A DNA stretch of 56,351 nucleotides from Coraliomargaritaceae bacterium (lineage in GTDB: Bacteria > Verrucomicrobiota > Verrucomicrobiia > Opitutales > Coraliomargaritaceae), in the NCBI GenBank assembly GCA_965656495.1, contig CBFHKU010000011.1, positions 2,521 to 58,871 on the forward strand, in the 5' to 3' direction. A program made the translations under genes and the position numbers. Shown here one piece after another: positions 1 to 10,585 of the stretch (its first letter is position 1; each line of letters starts with the position of its first letter). The notes beneath the pieces are model-generated. The model did not search any database. It worked only from the letters and a program-made list of their open reading frames with translations, and was not told the DNA's origin.

Positions 1-744
1 ACCCCGCAAACTGCAAATGAACAACTGGTGCTCCATAAAAAGCTCCGTGCCCTCCACCTCGCTCGCGGTGTCCACCAAATTAAACCACAAATTAAAACGC
101 CGCAATAACTCGATGAACCATTGGTGCTGCAGCGATTCCGGCAAGAGAATCAAGACCCGCCGCGCCCGCCCCGTCAGAATCAAACGGTGCAAAATCAAAC
201 ACGCCTCAATCGTTTTCCCCAGACCCACCTCATCCGCCAACAAAACCCGTGGCGCATGGCGTTCCGCTACCTCCTTCGCGATATACAATTGATGCGGGAT
301 CAGATCGATGCGGCCCCCCATCAAACCCGCCACCCTTGATTGACGCGCCGCGCTCAAACGCTCCAGCGATTCCAGACGCAGCGCAAAAGCCGCCGAAGCA
401 TCCACCTGCGCATTCATCAAACGCTCCTCCGGTTTGCTGAAACTGATACTGTCCGAAAGCTCCGCCTCCGGAATCACCTGCCCCGCCGCATGGTAGGTCA
501 ACAAACCCTCCACTTCCGTCACCGATTCCACCACCACCGCGACCCCGTCCTTCGCCTGCACACTGTCCCCCTCCCGAAAAGCCACCCGTTTGATCGGCGC
601 ATTCGCCGCAGCATAAATCCGCGTCGTGTTCGCCGCCGGAAACACCAATTCCAAACGATGCCGCGAAACCGACTCCAAAACCCCCAAGCCCAACTCCGGC
701 TCCGTCTCACTAATCCACCGCTGCCCAATCTTATATCCGACCAT
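1..744 (-). CDS. rapA: RNA polymerase-associated SWI2/SNF2 ATPase RapA (HepA), N-terminal part; runs off the window start
   Basis: Not in the ORF track because it has no stop in the window. Manual translation from ATG at 744 gives MVGYKIGQRWISETEPELGLGVLESV..., matching the RapA N-terminus (GQRWISxxEpELGLG). Walker A region LLADEVGLGKTIEA follows. Confidence 0.95.
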   Translation of the reverse strand, partial: MVGYKIGQRWISETEPELGLGVLESVSRHRLELVFPAANTTRIYAAANAPIKRVAFREGDSVQAKDGVAVVVESVTEVEGLLTYHAAGQVIPEAELSDSISFSKPEERLMNAQVDASAAFALRLESLERLSAARQSRVAGLMGGRIDLIPHQLYIAKEVAERHAPRVLLADEVGLGKTIEACLILHRLILTGRARRVLILLPESLQHQWFIELLRRFNLWFNLVDTASEVEGTELFMEHQLFICSLRG

Positions 745-955
745 CCCAACAGCATCCCAAATCACCCTCCCAGAGTCAAGCCAGCCGCCCAAAGCATCCA
801 CATTTCACGACCTTAAAATAAAAGCACCGACCCCTTTGGCAGATCGCCGCCAAGCACTGCATTTAAATTTAAATAAATAAATACTTTACACTAAGTTGCT
901 AAATAATAAAATAACTTCGTTTTATTTGAATGAACACTTGTAGAGAACCCGCATA

Positions 956-1210
956 TTGGAACCTGATCCTCAAATCCGCTTCACGAATCATGCGCTTTTA
1001 CGCTGTCATCAGCGCAAGATCGATCGTAGGAACATATACAATACAATTAAAAATCCCAGCCGTAGGCTTGTAACCGAGCAGTGCGTAAATGGGGTGTTCA
1101 AATATCGATTTGAAAAAGATTACAAAATCCGCAAACTTGTAGTTATTGCGAATAAACAAACTGCATCAATCCTCGTCATCACCGCCTACTGGGCAGCGCT
1201 CAACGCATGA
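956..1210 (+). CDS. DUF4258-family protein, putative RelE/BrnT-like toxin
   Basis: 84 aa, basic, with IRFTNHALLRCHQRKI...ILVITAYW typical of DUF4258. TTG start, AT-rich, ATGA overlap with the next gene. Confidence 0.7.
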   Translation: MEPDPQIRFTNHALLRCHQRKIDRRNIYNTIKNPSRRLVTEQCVNGVFKYRFEKDYKIRKLVVIANKQTASILVITAYWAALNA

Positions 1211-1500
1211 AATATAAAATCCAATTCAAAGCTAAAAATTCCCGCGCGAAGATTACTTCCGAGGAAGATTGTAGCTACGTGCAGTTTTCAGAGGACCCCA
1301 TTGAGCGCACTGTTGAAATCACCAAGGGGTACCCCGCACTGAACCTCGATATTGATAAAGACGGTCTCATCGTCGGCCTTGAGCTGCTCGGTCAAAAAGA
1401 GTTTACCCTCAAAAAAATAATTGCGGCAGTCACGCCTGTGCTTCCCGAAAACGAACGCGGTTCCCTTCAAGCCTCTCTGGAAACGGTCATCACCGCCTAA
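1207..1500 (+). CDS. DUF2283-family protein, putative antitoxin
   Basis: CSYVQFS...TVEI...LNLDIDKDGLIVGLELLG is the DUF2283 pattern. Translationally coupled to the DUF4258 gene. Confidence 0.7.
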   Translation: MKYKIQFKAKNSRAKITSEEDCSYVQFSEDPIERTVEITKGYPALNLDIDKDGLIVGLELLGQKEFTLKKIIAAVTPVLPENERGSLQASLETVITA

Positions 1501-1561
1501 GGAAATTTGCATTCCGAACTTCGGGCTTCAATTGTATGCCACTTGTGGCCAAGCTCGCCCC

Positions 1562-2401
1562 ATGCCTGAAGCCAGCCGCCTGCACATTCCCGACGCCGTT
1601 CCCGCCCCGGAAGCCTACGCCCGTTGTTCCCATCTCGCGATCGGCGCTCACCCTGACGACCTCGAGTTCATGGCATACCACGGCATCAGTTCCTGCTACC
1701 AACAGGACCTCGCCTGGTTCGGTGGCATCCTCTGCACCGACGGCGCCGGCAGTTCCCGCACCGGCCCCTACGCGGATTATACCGACGCCCAAATGGTCGA
1801 GACCCGTTACCAGGAACAAATCCGCGCCGCCGACCTCGGGCAATACAGCTTCGTCGAATGCCTCCACCATTCCAGCCAAGCCGTCAAAGATCCCGAATCC
1901 CGCCAAACCTGCATCGCGCAACTCGAAGACCGGCTCCTCAAAACCCAACCCGAAATCTGCTACACCCACAACCCCGCCGACAAACATCCCACCCACCTCG
2001 CAGTTTGCCGCGCCACCCTCGAGGCGTGCCGCCGCCTCCCGCCCCACGCCCGCCCACGCAAACTCTACGCCTGTGAACTCTGGCGCGACCTCGACTGGCT
2101 CAACGACGACGAAAAAGTCGCCCTCGATACCAGCGCCTTCCCGGAACTCGCCGACCAACTCTACGCCTGTTTCGATTCCCAAATCGCCGGCGGGAAAAAC
2201 TACCACCAAGCCGTCATCGGCCGTCAAACCGCTCACGCCACCTTCCTCCAACCCCACCACCCCGACCGCGCTCAACGCCTCACCCTCGCCCTCGACCTCA
2301 CACCCCTCCTCGAAGACGATTCCCTCAGCCTCACCGATTTTATCACCGCCACGATGAGCCGCTTTCAATCCAGCGTCCTCGATGCCATCGCGGAACACTA
2401 A
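1562..2401 (+). CDS. PIG-L/LmbE family deacetylase
   Basis: AIGAHPDD metal motif and DKHPTH motif. Start placed at ATG 1562 (MPEASRL), which follows a promoter-like motif. Confidence 0.85.
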   Translation: MPEASRLHIPDAVPAPEAYARCSHLAIGAHPDDLEFMAYHGISSCYQQDLAWFGGILCTDGAGSSRTGPYADYTDAQMVETRYQEQIRAADLGQYSFVECLHHSSQAVKDPESRQTCIAQLEDRLLKTQPEICYTHNPADKHPTHLAVCRATLEACRRLPPHARPRKLYACELWRDLDWLNDDEKVALDTSAFPELADQLYACFDSQIAGGKNYHQAVIGRQTAHATFLQPHHPDRAQRLTLALDLTPLLEDDSLSLTDFITATMSRFQSSVLDAIAEH

Positions 2402-2650
2402 GGGGTTGAGGGTTGTTAGTTGGGGTTGGGGTTGGGGTTGTTAGTTGGAAGTTGAATGTTCGATGTTCGATGTTCATACCCTCCGCTCCTCCGCTCCTCC
2501 GCGTTTAATTTTAACTCAGAGAACTCTGTGTTTTATTTTTTAACGCAGAGGAGCAAAGGCTCAGAGTTATTACCCAGGCTCCCAACCAACGTTCCAACTA
2601 ACAACGTTCAACTTAAAACCCCTTCGATGTTCTCAAGATTAAGATTAAGT
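2402..2650. repeat. Intergenic composite repeat with nested inverted repeats
   Basis: (TTGGGG)x3 at 2420-2437, short tandem runs of ATGTTCG, CTCCGCTC and AAGATT. GTTGTTAGTTGGAA (2437-2450) is the exact reverse complement of 2592-2605. Inner pair CTCCTCCGCGTT / AACGCAGAGGAG has 1 mismatch. Confidence 0.7.
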
Positions 2651-2710
2651 GGAGGAGTGGGGTTTCTTCACAAGAGCGTTGAACTCATCCTATAAATCCT
2701 CTTTCTTGCC

Positions 2711-3217
2711 ATGATGGAAATCAGCGCAAACAACCCCCTCGTCGGAATCATCATGGGCAGCCAATCGGATTGGCCCACCATGGGTGAAGCCGCCGCCCTT
2801 CTCCAACAACTGCAAATCCCCTTTGAATCGAAAATCGTTAGCGCCCACCGCACCCCCAAACGTCTCTACGAATACGCCGAGACTGCGGAGTCCCGGGGCC
2901 TGCAGGTCATCATCGCGGGCGCGGGTGGTGCCGCCCACCTCCCGGGCATGACCGCTTCCCTCACCGCTCTCCCGGTCCTTGGAGTTCCGGTGCAATCCAA
3001 AGCCCTCAGCGGACAGGATTCCCTCCTTTCCATCGTGCAAATGCCGGCGGGGATTCCGGTCATGACCCTCGCGATTGGGGTAGCGGGTGCCAAAAACGCC
3101 GCCCTCTCGGCGGCCGCAATTCTCGCCCTCAATGATGCCGCGCTCAGTCAACGCCTCAAGGATTTCCGCGAAACCCAAACCCAGACCGTTCTCGAAAACG
3201 ACACCCCCCAGGCATGA
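2711..3217 (+). CDS. purE: N5-CAIR mutase
   Basis: [14 protein letters not shown] and [10 protein letters not shown] motifs. Confidence 0.97.
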   Translation: MMEISANNPLVGIIMGSQSDWPTMGEAAALLQQLQIPFESKIVSAHRTPKRLYEYAETAESRGLQVIIAGAGGAAHLPGMTASLTALPVLGVPVQSKALSGQDSLLSIVQMPAGIPVMTLAIGVAGAKNAALSAAAILALNDAALSQRLKDFRETQTQTVLENDTPQA

Positions 3218-4347
3218 TTGCTCCCGGCGCAACGATTGGTATTCTCGGCGGCGGCCAACTCGGTCGCATGCTCATTCTCGCGGGTCGTCCCCTCGGTTAC
3301 CGCTTCCATGTCTATGAACCCGGCGGCCCTTCCCCTGCCGGTCAGGTCGCCGACCGCGAATTCAATCAGCCCTACGACGACACCGCCGCCCTGCAAACCT
3401 TCGCGGAAGGAGTCGATTGCATCACCCTGGAATTTGAAAATATCCCGGCGGAGGTCATCGAGACCCTCAGCGCGATCAAACCCGTCCTTCCCGGATGGAC
3501 TGCGCTCCACACCTGCCAACACCGCCAGCGCGAAAAAGATTTTCTCAAAGAAGCGGGCTTTCCCTGCGCGCCCTTCGAATACGCCGACTCCGCGCCAAGC
3601 CTCGAAGCCGCCGTTGCCGCCATCGGTTTCCCCTGCGTCATCAAGACCGCCGCTTTTGGTTACGACGGCAAAGGACAGGTGAAACTCGAATCCCCCGCCG
3701 AGGATTACGCGGCGCTCTGGGAACAACTCGGCAGCCCGCCACGCGTGGTGGTGGAAAAATGGATTCAGCACCAGGGCGAGTTTTCCGTGATCTGCGCCCG
3801 TCGCGGGGACGGCGCCACCCAGACCTTTCCCATGGCGGAAAACATACACGTGCACCACATCCTGCACGCCTCGATCCTCCCCGCCCGCGCTGCTAAGGAA
3901 GTCCATATTGAAGCCGCGCAACTCGCCACCGCCCTCACCGAAGCCCTCGACGTCGTCGGCCTCCTCGCGGTGGAGTTCTTTCTCAACGCGGATGGCAGCC
4001 TCATCATCAACGAGATGGCGCCCCGTCCCCACAATTCCGGTCACTTCAGCATTGAGGGTTGCCCCAGTTCCCAGTTCGAGCAACACCTGCGCGCGGTTTG
4101 CGGACTCCCCTTTGGCGACACCCACCTCTTCCGCCCGATTGTCATGATCAATTTGCTCGGGGATGTTTGGAAAAACGGCGCACCGGACTGGTCACCCCTC
4201 CTCACCGACCCCGCCGCGAAACTCCATCTCTACGACAAGGGCGAGGCCCGACCGGGGCGCAAGATGGGTCACTTCACGGTGACCGGAGAAAGCCCCGAAG
4301 CCGCCCTCGAAGCCGCCGAAGCCCATTTTAAGCAGCTCATTGACTGA
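3214..4347 (+). CDS. purK: N5-CAIR synthase (ATP-grasp)
   Basis: [27 protein letters not shown] and RPGRKMGH motifs. Overlaps purE (ATGA). Confidence 0.97.
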   Translation: MIAPGATIGILGGGQLGRMLILAGRPLGYRFHVYEPGGPSPAGQVADREFNQPYDDTAALQTFAEGVDCITLEFENIPAEVIETLSAIKPVLPGWTALHTCQHRQREKDFLKEAGFPCAPFEYADSAPSLEAAVAAIGFPCVIKTAAFGYDGKGQVKLESPAEDYAALWEQLGSPPRVVVEKWIQHQGEFSVICARRGDGATQTFPMAENIHVHHILHASILPARAAKEVHIEAAQLATALTEALDVVGLLAVEFFLNADGSLIINEMAPRPHNSGHFSIEGCPSSQFEQHLRAVCGLPFGDTHLFRPIVMINLLGDVWKNGAPDWSPLLTDPAAKLHLYDKGEARPGRKMGHFTVTGESPEAALEAAEAHFKQLID

Positions 4348-4365
4348 GGTAATTGCGGCGCCCGC

Positions 4366-5208
4366 TTAGCTCGCAAAGAAAAAGCGGGGGCTTTGACTGA
4401 GGTCTTCGAAGGTTTCGCCCTGGAGTCCGTTTTCGGTGGCGAGCGTCTCCAGCGCGGCGGTCTGCGCGATGCCGGTCTCAAGCGCGAGCAAGCCGCCTTC
4501 CGCGAGAAAGGGTGGCGCTCCGGCGAGAATGACCCGCAGATCATCCAAGCCATCAATGCCCGCGACGAGAGCGCGGCGGGGTTCATGGTCCGCCACTTCC
4601 GGTTGAGCGGTTTGCAGCTCCACCTCGGTTAAATAAGGCGGATTGGAAACGATGAGGTCAAAGGACGTCTCTGCCGGAAGGGCGTCCCACCAGGAGCCTT
4701 CAAGCAAGGTGAGGCGTTTGGACAAATTATTGCGGGCGGCGTTTTCGCGGGCGAGGTCGAGGGCTTCGGCGCTGGCATCGGTAGCGGTCACGGCGGCATT
4801 TGGAAAGGCGTGCGCGAGGGCCAGCGCGAGGGCCCCGCTTCCGGTGCCGAGGTCGAGGATGCGGGCGGGCGGCGCGTCCCGCAGGCGTTGCGTGAGGAGG
4901 TCGACCAGTTCTTCGGTTTCGGGGCGGGGAATGAGGGCACGCGCATCGACCGCGAGGGAAAGGCCTGCGAAGTCAACGGAACCGAGAATGTATTGGAGGG
5001 GTTCGCGGGCAGCGCGGCGTTTCACGAGGGGGCGCAGGGTTTCGAGCTGCGCCTCGGTGAGGGGGCGGTCGAGGTCGAGGTATAAATCGAGGCGTTTCAG
5101 GCCAAGGGCGTGGGCGAGGATTAAATCGGCTTCCAAGCCGGGACTCGCAATGCCCTTGTCCGCGAAGAAGGGTTCGGTGCGGGCTTTAATTTCACGGAGG
5201 GTATGCAT
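4366..5208 (-). CDS. prmC: Release factor glutamine methyltransferase
   Basis: [16 protein letters not shown] and NPPY motifs. Directly downstream of prfA; start at MHTLREIK. Confidence 0.95.
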   Translation of the reverse strand: MHTLREIKARTEPFFADKGIASPGLEADLILAHALGLKRLDLYLDLDRPLTEAQLETLRPLVKRRAAREPLQYILGSVDFAGLSLAVDARALIPRPETEELVDLLTQRLRDAPPARILDLGTGSGALALALAHAFPNAAVTATDASAEALDLARENAARNNLSKRLTLLEGSWWDALPAETSFDLIVSNPPYLTEVELQTAQPEVADHEPRRALVAGIDGLDDLRVILAGAPPFLAEGGLLALETGIAQTAALETLATENGLQGETFEDLSQSPRFFFAS

Positions 5209-5215
5209 GGGCGGG

Positions 5216-6310
5216 TCAGCTCGCCTGTTGCTTGAGGAGGTTCGCAATGCGCGCCTCGTAATCGACGTTATAGAGACCCTCAATGAGTTCATCGAGGCCG
5301 CCGTCGATCGCGGGGGGGAGCGAGAGGTTCATCCCGATGCGGTGGTCGGTGAGCCGCCCCTGGGGATAGTTGTAGGTGCGGATGCGTTCGGAGCGGTCGC
5401 CGGTACCAATCTGGCCCTTGCGCTCGGCGGCATACTTGGCGTTTTCCTCGTCTTCCTTGGCTTTGAGGAGGCGGGCACGCATCACGCCCAGCGCTTTGGC
5501 GCGGTTCTTGATTTGGGAGCGTTCGTCGGCGCAATAAACGGAGGTACCGGTGGGTTTGTGCACCATCATGACTGCGGAATCAGTGGTGTTGACGTGCTGG
5601 CCGCCCGCGCCGGAGGCGCGCATGGTGGAGATCTCAAGGTCGTTGGGGTTGATCTCAATATCGACCTCCTCCGCCTCGGGGAGCACTGCGACGGTGGCGG
5701 TGGAGGTGTGGATGCGGCCCTGGGTCTCGGTGACGGGTACGCGCTGCACGCGATGCACCCCGCTCTCGAATTTGAGGTGTTTGTAGGCGTCCTCTCCGGT
5801 TATATTAAAGATGATTTCGCGGTAGCCGCCGGTTTCGGCAGGGCTGGTGCTGATGACTTCCACCCGCCAACCCTTCGACTCGGCGTAGCGGGAATACATC
5901 CGGAAGAGGTCGCCGGCAAAGATGTTGGCCTCGTCGCCGCCCGCTCCGCCGCGGATTTCCATGACGGAGTTGCGGCTGTCGGTGGCATCGGGCGGAATCA
6001 TGGCGCGCAGGACGTCCTGCACGAGGGCTTCCCGTTCCTGCGTGAGGGATTCGATTTCCTCGGCGGCCATTTCGCGGAGCTCGGCTTCGATGGATACATC
6101 CGCGAGCATCGCTTCATTTTCCGCGATTTCGCGCTCGGCTTTGTGATGCGCCTCAAATTTCTCCACGAGGTTGCTGAGCCGTTGGTGTTCCCGGGAAATC
6201 TCGGCAGCGCGGCGCTGGTCGGAATAGAAATTAGGCTCCGCCATCTGGGCATCCAACTCGCTGAGCTTCTCTCGAAAGGGCGCAATATCTGGAATCTTGT
6301 GCATGGTCAT
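5216..6310 (-). CDS. prfA: Peptide chain release factor 1
   Basis: GGQ motif (SGAGGQHVN), PVT recognition loop, GVHRVQRVP. Confidence 0.97.
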   Translation of the reverse strand: MTMHKIPDIAPFREKLSELDAQMAEPNFYSDQRRAAEISREHQRLSNLVEKFEAHHKAEREIAENEAMLADVSIEAELREMAAEEIESLTQEREALVQDVLRAMIPPDATDSRNSVMEIRGGAGGDEANIFAGDLFRMYSRYAESKGWRVEVISTSPAETGGYREIIFNITGEDAYKHLKFESGVHRVQRVPVTETQGRIHTSTATVAVLPEAEEVDIEINPNDLEISTMRASGAGGQHVNTTDSAVMMVHKPTGTSVYCADERSQIKNRAKALGVMRARLLKAKEDEENAKYAAERKGQIGTGDRSERIRTYNYPQGRLTDHRIGMNLSLPPAIDGGLDELIEGLYNVDYEARIANLLKQQAS

Positions 6311-6367
6311 GAAAATGCGTTGCAGTTAATCGAGGGAAAGACAACTATGTAGTGCTTTGCCGTCAAA

Positions 6368-7399
6368 ATGAAGAAACCGCTCCACCGTCAAAATATCGTA
6401 GCCTGCATTTGGGATTTCGACAAGACCCTGATTCCGGGCTACATGCAGGCCCCGATTTTCAAAGCCTACGGGATGGACGAGGAAGCCTTCTGGAAGGAGG
6501 TCAACGGATTGCCGGAAATCTACGCCCAGCGGGGCAACCGGGTTTCCGGGGACACGGTCTATTTGAACCACCTGCTGAGTTTCGTAAAGAACGGGGAATT
6601 GAAAGGGCTGACGAATGAACGCCTGCGGGAACTCGGCGGCGAGTTGGAATTTTACCCCGGGGTGCTTGAACTTTTTGAGAGCCTTAAAACAGTCGCCTCC
6701 GACAAAGCGGAATACCGCAAGCACAACATTCAGCTTGAGCATTACATCATCAGCACCGGACTGGCAGAGATGATTCGCGGGAGCGCCATCGCGCCCCACG
6801 TGCAGGGAATTTTTGGCAGCGAATTTATCGAGGCACCCCTGCCCCCGCATTATTCGCGGCAGGATGAATTGCCCCTCAATATGGAGTTTGAGCTGAGTCA
6901 GATCGGAACGATTGTTGATAACACCGCCAAGACCCGTTACATCTTTGAGATCAATAAAGGCACGAACAAGCATCCGGGAATCGACGTCAACGCCGCGATT
7001 GCGCCCGCCGCTCGCCGCGTTCCGATTGAGCGCATGATTTATATCGCCGACGGCCCGAGCGACGTGCCGGTCTTCTCGGTGGTCAAAGGAAAGGGCGGCA
7101 AAACCTACGCCGTTTTTAACCCGGAAAGCGAAGCGGAGTTTGCCCAGAATGACGCCCTCCTTCATGCGGGGCGCATCCATGCCTATGGCCCCGCCGATTA
7201 CCGCCACGGATCCACCACCGCGAAATGGCTGCGCATGCATGTGCGCGGGATCTGCGAAACCATCGTGGCGGACGGCGAGCAGGCGCTCTCAGAAAACGTA
7301 CGCAACGCCCCGCGCCATTTGCACGAAGAAGATGAACCCGCGCCGCAAACCCAGCCAGTAGACGCACAACAAACCGGAGATCTCTTTGGAGGCGATTAA
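6368..7399 (+). CDS. HAD-superfamily hydrolase
   Basis: WDFDKT (DxD) motif I, ISTG motif [10 protein letters not shown] motif IV. Confidence 0.8.
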   Translation: MKKPLHRQNIVACIWDFDKTLIPGYMQAPIFKAYGMDEEAFWKEVNGLPEIYAQRGNRVSGDTVYLNHLLSFVKNGELKGLTNERLRELGGELEFYPGVLELFESLKTVASDKAEYRKHNIQLEHYIISTGLAEMIRGSAIAPHVQGIFGSEFIEAPLPPHYSRQDELPLNMEFELSQIGTIVDNTAKTRYIFEINKGTNKHPGIDVNAAIAPAARRVPIERMIYIADGPSDVPVFSVVKGKGGKTYAVFNPESEAEFAQNDALLHAGRIHAYGPADYRHGSTTAKWLRMHVRGICETIVADGEQALSENVRNAPRHLHEEDEPAPQTQPVDAQQTGDLFGGD

Positions 7400-7463
7400 A
7401 CTTTTCCCTGCCATCCACGCCCTGTGCTTTACAAGCATCAGTCCCAAGTTAAAAATACACAGT

Positions 7464-9023
7464 ATGAAACGAATCGAACTCCTTTTCGCATCCAGCCTTC
7501 TCGGCGCGGTCCTTAGCTTCTGCGGTTGCCAAACTACCAGCCTCCCAGCCGGAACGATAAGCGCCCCGACTCAAGTCACCGCTGCCCCAGAACCGGAAGA
7601 CTTCAGCTACCTCCCGCCCGCACCGGAAGCCGAACCCGCCCCTGACCTCGCGGATGCCCTTGAATCTGCGCCCGAGGCGAACGAAGTCCTTTTTCGTTCC
7701 AGCCAGGTAGCAGTTAGCAAACGTCTTGTTCAGGGAGGACAAGTGAACGACGCCCTGCGCTACGTCCTCAAAGTCGAGGTCAAAGAGGCGATCACCGGGC
7801 TTCGCATCACTGAAACCCTCCCCGCCAACATTCGCTTTGTCTCTGCCGACCCCGCCCCCACGGTCACTAACAATGAGTACCTTTGGAGCTTCGGCCCGCT
7901 TGAAACGGGCGCGACGCGCGAAATTGAAGTCACCGTTCAAGCTCTCCGCGAGGGAGATCATAAAATTTGCTCGGCGGTCTCGGTGGATAACCGCCTCTGC
8001 CTGCCCTTCTTTACGGGGCAACCCCGTCTCGCGGTCACCAAGCAAGGCCCCGCCACGATTGAACTGAATGAAACCGGCGCGTGGTCGGTGACGGTTGCCA
8101 ATAAGGGCAGCGCGGTCGCCCGCAATGTGACGGTGACGGATGCTTTCCCTGCGGGCTTGCAGGCGCTCGGCGCCAATGAGCAAGGCCTCGGCGACCTCGC
8201 GCCGAACAGCAGCCGCACCGTTGAATTCAGCGCGCGGGCTGTCCAGCAGGGCAGCTTTACCAATACCGCCAGCGCAAGCTATCAAGGCAATCCCGCCCCC
8301 GCCACTGGCAGTACCCCCGTCTCGGTGGTTCAATCCGCAATCCGTATTTCCAAAAGCGGCCCCGCTCAGGCTTACGTCTTTAAGCCTGAAACCTTCCAAA
8401 TCGCGATTCAAAATAGCGGTGATACCGACTTGAGTGATGTTCGTATCACCGACCTCCTGCCCCCCGGAACCACCGTTGCCGATAACGGCGGCGGTCGCGT
8501 CAAGGACAACGCCATCGGATGGGTCATCCCCTCCCTGCCCGCCGGGGCGAGCCAGTTGATCACAACCCGCGTCGCGGCAAGCCGTACCGGAGTCGCCACC
8601 AACACCGTGAAACTCTTCACCGCCCAAGGCCTTGAAGCCTCCGACAGCCATCAAACCGAATGGCTCGCCGTTCCCGGGGTGACCATCTCCATCACCGACA
8701 GCAAGGATCCCATCCGCGTCGGTGAAGCGACCACCTACACCATCCGCGTTCGCAATCAAGGCGACTTTGAACCCGTCAGCGGAGCGGTGACCCTTCAATT
8801 CAAAGACACAATCCGGCCCAAGTTGGCAGAGGGCGACGCTCGTGGGTTGATCGACGGGCAAACCGTGACCTTTCCGCGCACGACGCTGGAACCGGGCAAG
8901 GACATCAACCTACAAGTGACCGCCGAGGGAGCGCAGATCGGACCCGGTCGCGCGGTCCTGAGCTTTACCGCAGATTTCCTCAACGAACCCGTCATCAGCC
9001 AGGAAGCCACCAACGTATATTAA
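7464..9023 (+). CDS. DUF11-repeat lipoprotein, homolog of chlamydial 60-kDa outer membrane protein OmcB
   Basis: Lipoprotein-type signal (LSFCGC), Pro-rich linker, four DUF11-like repeats (e.g. [23 protein letters not shown]). C-terminus [11 protein letters not shown] resembles the OmcB end as I recall it. Confidence 0.75.
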   Translation: MKRIELLFASSLLGAVLSFCGCQTTSLPAGTISAPTQVTAAPEPEDFSYLPPAPEAEPAPDLADALESAPEANEVLFRSSQVAVSKRLVQGGQVNDALRYVLKVEVKEAITGLRITETLPANIRFVSADPAPTVTNNEYLWSFGPLETGATREIEVTVQALREGDHKICSAVSVDNRLCLPFFTGQPRLAVTKQGPATIELNETGAWSVTVANKGSAVARNVTVTDAFPAGLQALGANEQGLGDLAPNSSRTVEFSARAVQQGSFTNTASASYQGNPAPATGSTPVSVVQSAIRISKSGPAQAYVFKPETFQIAIQNSGDTDLSDVRITDLLPPGTTVADNGGGRVKDNAIGWVIPSLPAGASQLITTRVAASRTGVATNTVKLFTAQGLEASDSHQTEWLAVPGVTISITDSKDPIRVGEATTYTIRVRNQGDFEPVSGAVTLQFKDTIRPKLAEGDARGLIDGQTVTFPRTTLEPGKDINLQVTAEGAQIGPGRAVLSFTADFLNEPVISQEATNVY

Positions 9024-9072
9024 TTCCAATCCACTAAAGAACTTTTTGATAACGCATCCACTCAAAGAAATT

Positions 9073-10578
9073 ATGACTGAAGCAAACTCCGAAATCGGCC
9101 TCATCGGCCTCGCTGTAATGGGCCAGAACCTCGCCCTCAATATTGCCGACCACGGCTTTAGGATTTCGGTTTATAACCGAACGACCGCCAAGATGGAGGA
9201 TTTTGTGGCGGCGAATCCTGACACCCCCGGCGGCTTGGTCGGTTGTGCTTCGCTCGAGGATTTTGTCGCTTCCTTAAAACGTCCCCGCAAAATCATCATT
9301 CTCGTGCAGGCGGGCTGGGCGACCGACAAAGTGATCGAGGGGCTCCTCCCTTTACTGGAAGCGGGCGACATCATCATCGACGGCGGCAATGCCAAGTGGG
9401 ACGACACCATCCGCCGCGAGCAGGAACTCACCGCCCGCGGTCTCCGCTTTATCGGCTCGGGGGTTTCCGGCGGCGAGGAAGGGGCGCGTTTCGGTCCTTC
9501 ACTCATGCCCGGCGGCAGCCCCGAAGCCTGGGAACATCTGGAGCCTATTTGGAAAGCAATCGCCGCGAAGGTTGACCCCGATACCGGCAAACCGCTGGAA
9601 GGCGCCGCCCCCGGGAAACCAGTGGAAGGTGGATTCAGCTGCACCGCTTACATCGGCCCGGACGGCGCAGGTCATTACGTCAAGATGGTGCACAACGGCA
9701 TCGAATACGGCGATATGCAAATGATCTGCGAGGCTTATGACCTCATGCAACAGGTGCTCGGGCTCAGCCCCGCCGAAATGGGCGATATCTTTGCGGAATG
9801 GAACAAGGGTGAACTCGATTCCTTCCTCATTGAAATCACCGCCGATATTTTAAAACAAAATGACCCCGTCACCGGGCAGGCTTTCGTGGATGTCGTCCTC
9901 GACACCGCCGGACAAAAGGGAACCGGCAAATGGACTTCGGTCAACGCCCTCGACATGGGCACCCCCGCGCCCACGGTGGCAGAGGCGGTCTTCGCGCGTT
10001 GCCTCTCCGCAGTAAAAGAGGAACGGGTCGCCGCTTCCAAAATTCTGAGCGGCCCCGAGCCCGCGTCCTACTCCGGCGACAAGGCCGAGTTAGTGGAGGC
10101 GATCCGTCAAGCGCTCTACGCGTCCAAAATCTGCTCTTACGCCCAAGGCTTCCAGCTCATGCGCGAAGCCCAGAAGGAATACAACTGGAGCCTCAACTTC
10201 GGCGAGATCGCTCAGATCTTCCGTGGCGGGTGCATCATTCGCGCCGCCTTCCTCCAAAAGATCACCGAGGCCTTCGCCCGCGAACCGGAACTCGCCAACC
10301 TCCTCCTCGACCCTTACTTCAAGGGTGCGATTGACGCCGCCCAAAAGAGCTGGCGCCGCGTGATCGCGCTTGCCGCCGAGCACGGGGTTTCTGTCCCGAC
10401 CTTCGGTTCCGCCCTCGCATATTATGACGGTTACCGCAGCGCCCGACTCCCGCAAAACCTCCTGCAGGCGCAACGTGATTACTTCGGGGCCCATACCTAT
10501 GAGCGTGTCGATCAAGCGCGGGGACAGTTCTACCACATCGACTGGCCGCAAGCAGATCGCCCCCAAATCGAGGCTTAG
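9073..10578 (+). CDS. gnd: 6-phosphogluconate dehydrogenase, decarboxylating
   Basis: [33 protein letters not shown] and [12 protein letters not shown] motifs. Confidence 0.97.
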   Translation: MTEANSEIGLIGLAVMGQNLALNIADHGFRISVYNRTTAKMEDFVAANPDTPGGLVGCASLEDFVASLKRPRKIIILVQAGWATDKVIEGLLPLLEAGDIIIDGGNAKWDDTIRREQELTARGLRFIGSGVSGGEEGARFGPSLMPGGSPEAWEHLEPIWKAIAAKVDPDTGKPLEGAAPGKPVEGGFSCTAYIGPDGAGHYVKMVHNGIEYGDMQMICEAYDLMQQVLGLSPAEMGDIFAEWNKGELDSFLIEITADILKQNDPVTGQAFVDVVLDTAGQKGTGKWTSVNALDMGTPAPTVAEAVFARCLSAVKEERVAASKILSGPEPASYSGDKAELVEAIRQALYASKICSYAQGFQLMREAQKEYNWSLNFGEIAQIFRGGCIIRAAFLQKITEAFAREPELANLLLDPYFKGAIDAAQKSWRRVIALAAEHGVSVPTFGSALAYYDGYRSARLPQNLLQAQRDYFGAHTYERVDQARGQFYHIDWPQADRPQIEA

Positions 10579-10585
10579 AAATTTA

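Noticed and set aside
17..880. Plus-strand ORFs at the window start
   Set aside because: Antisense shadows of rapA, which the ORF track missed because it lacks an in-window stop.
4643..6352. Long antisense ORFs (e.g. 569 aa over prfA/prmC, 447 aa over atpCD, 517 aa over atpA, 470 aa over the DUF11 gene, 425 aa over metH)
   Set aside because: Shadow frames of well-conserved genes in high-GC DNA, with no recognisable motifs.
9570..9650. Insertion in Gnd ([20 protein letters not shown]) as an intein or mobile insert
   Set aside because: Short in-frame loop with no intein motifs; most likely a lineage-specific indel.
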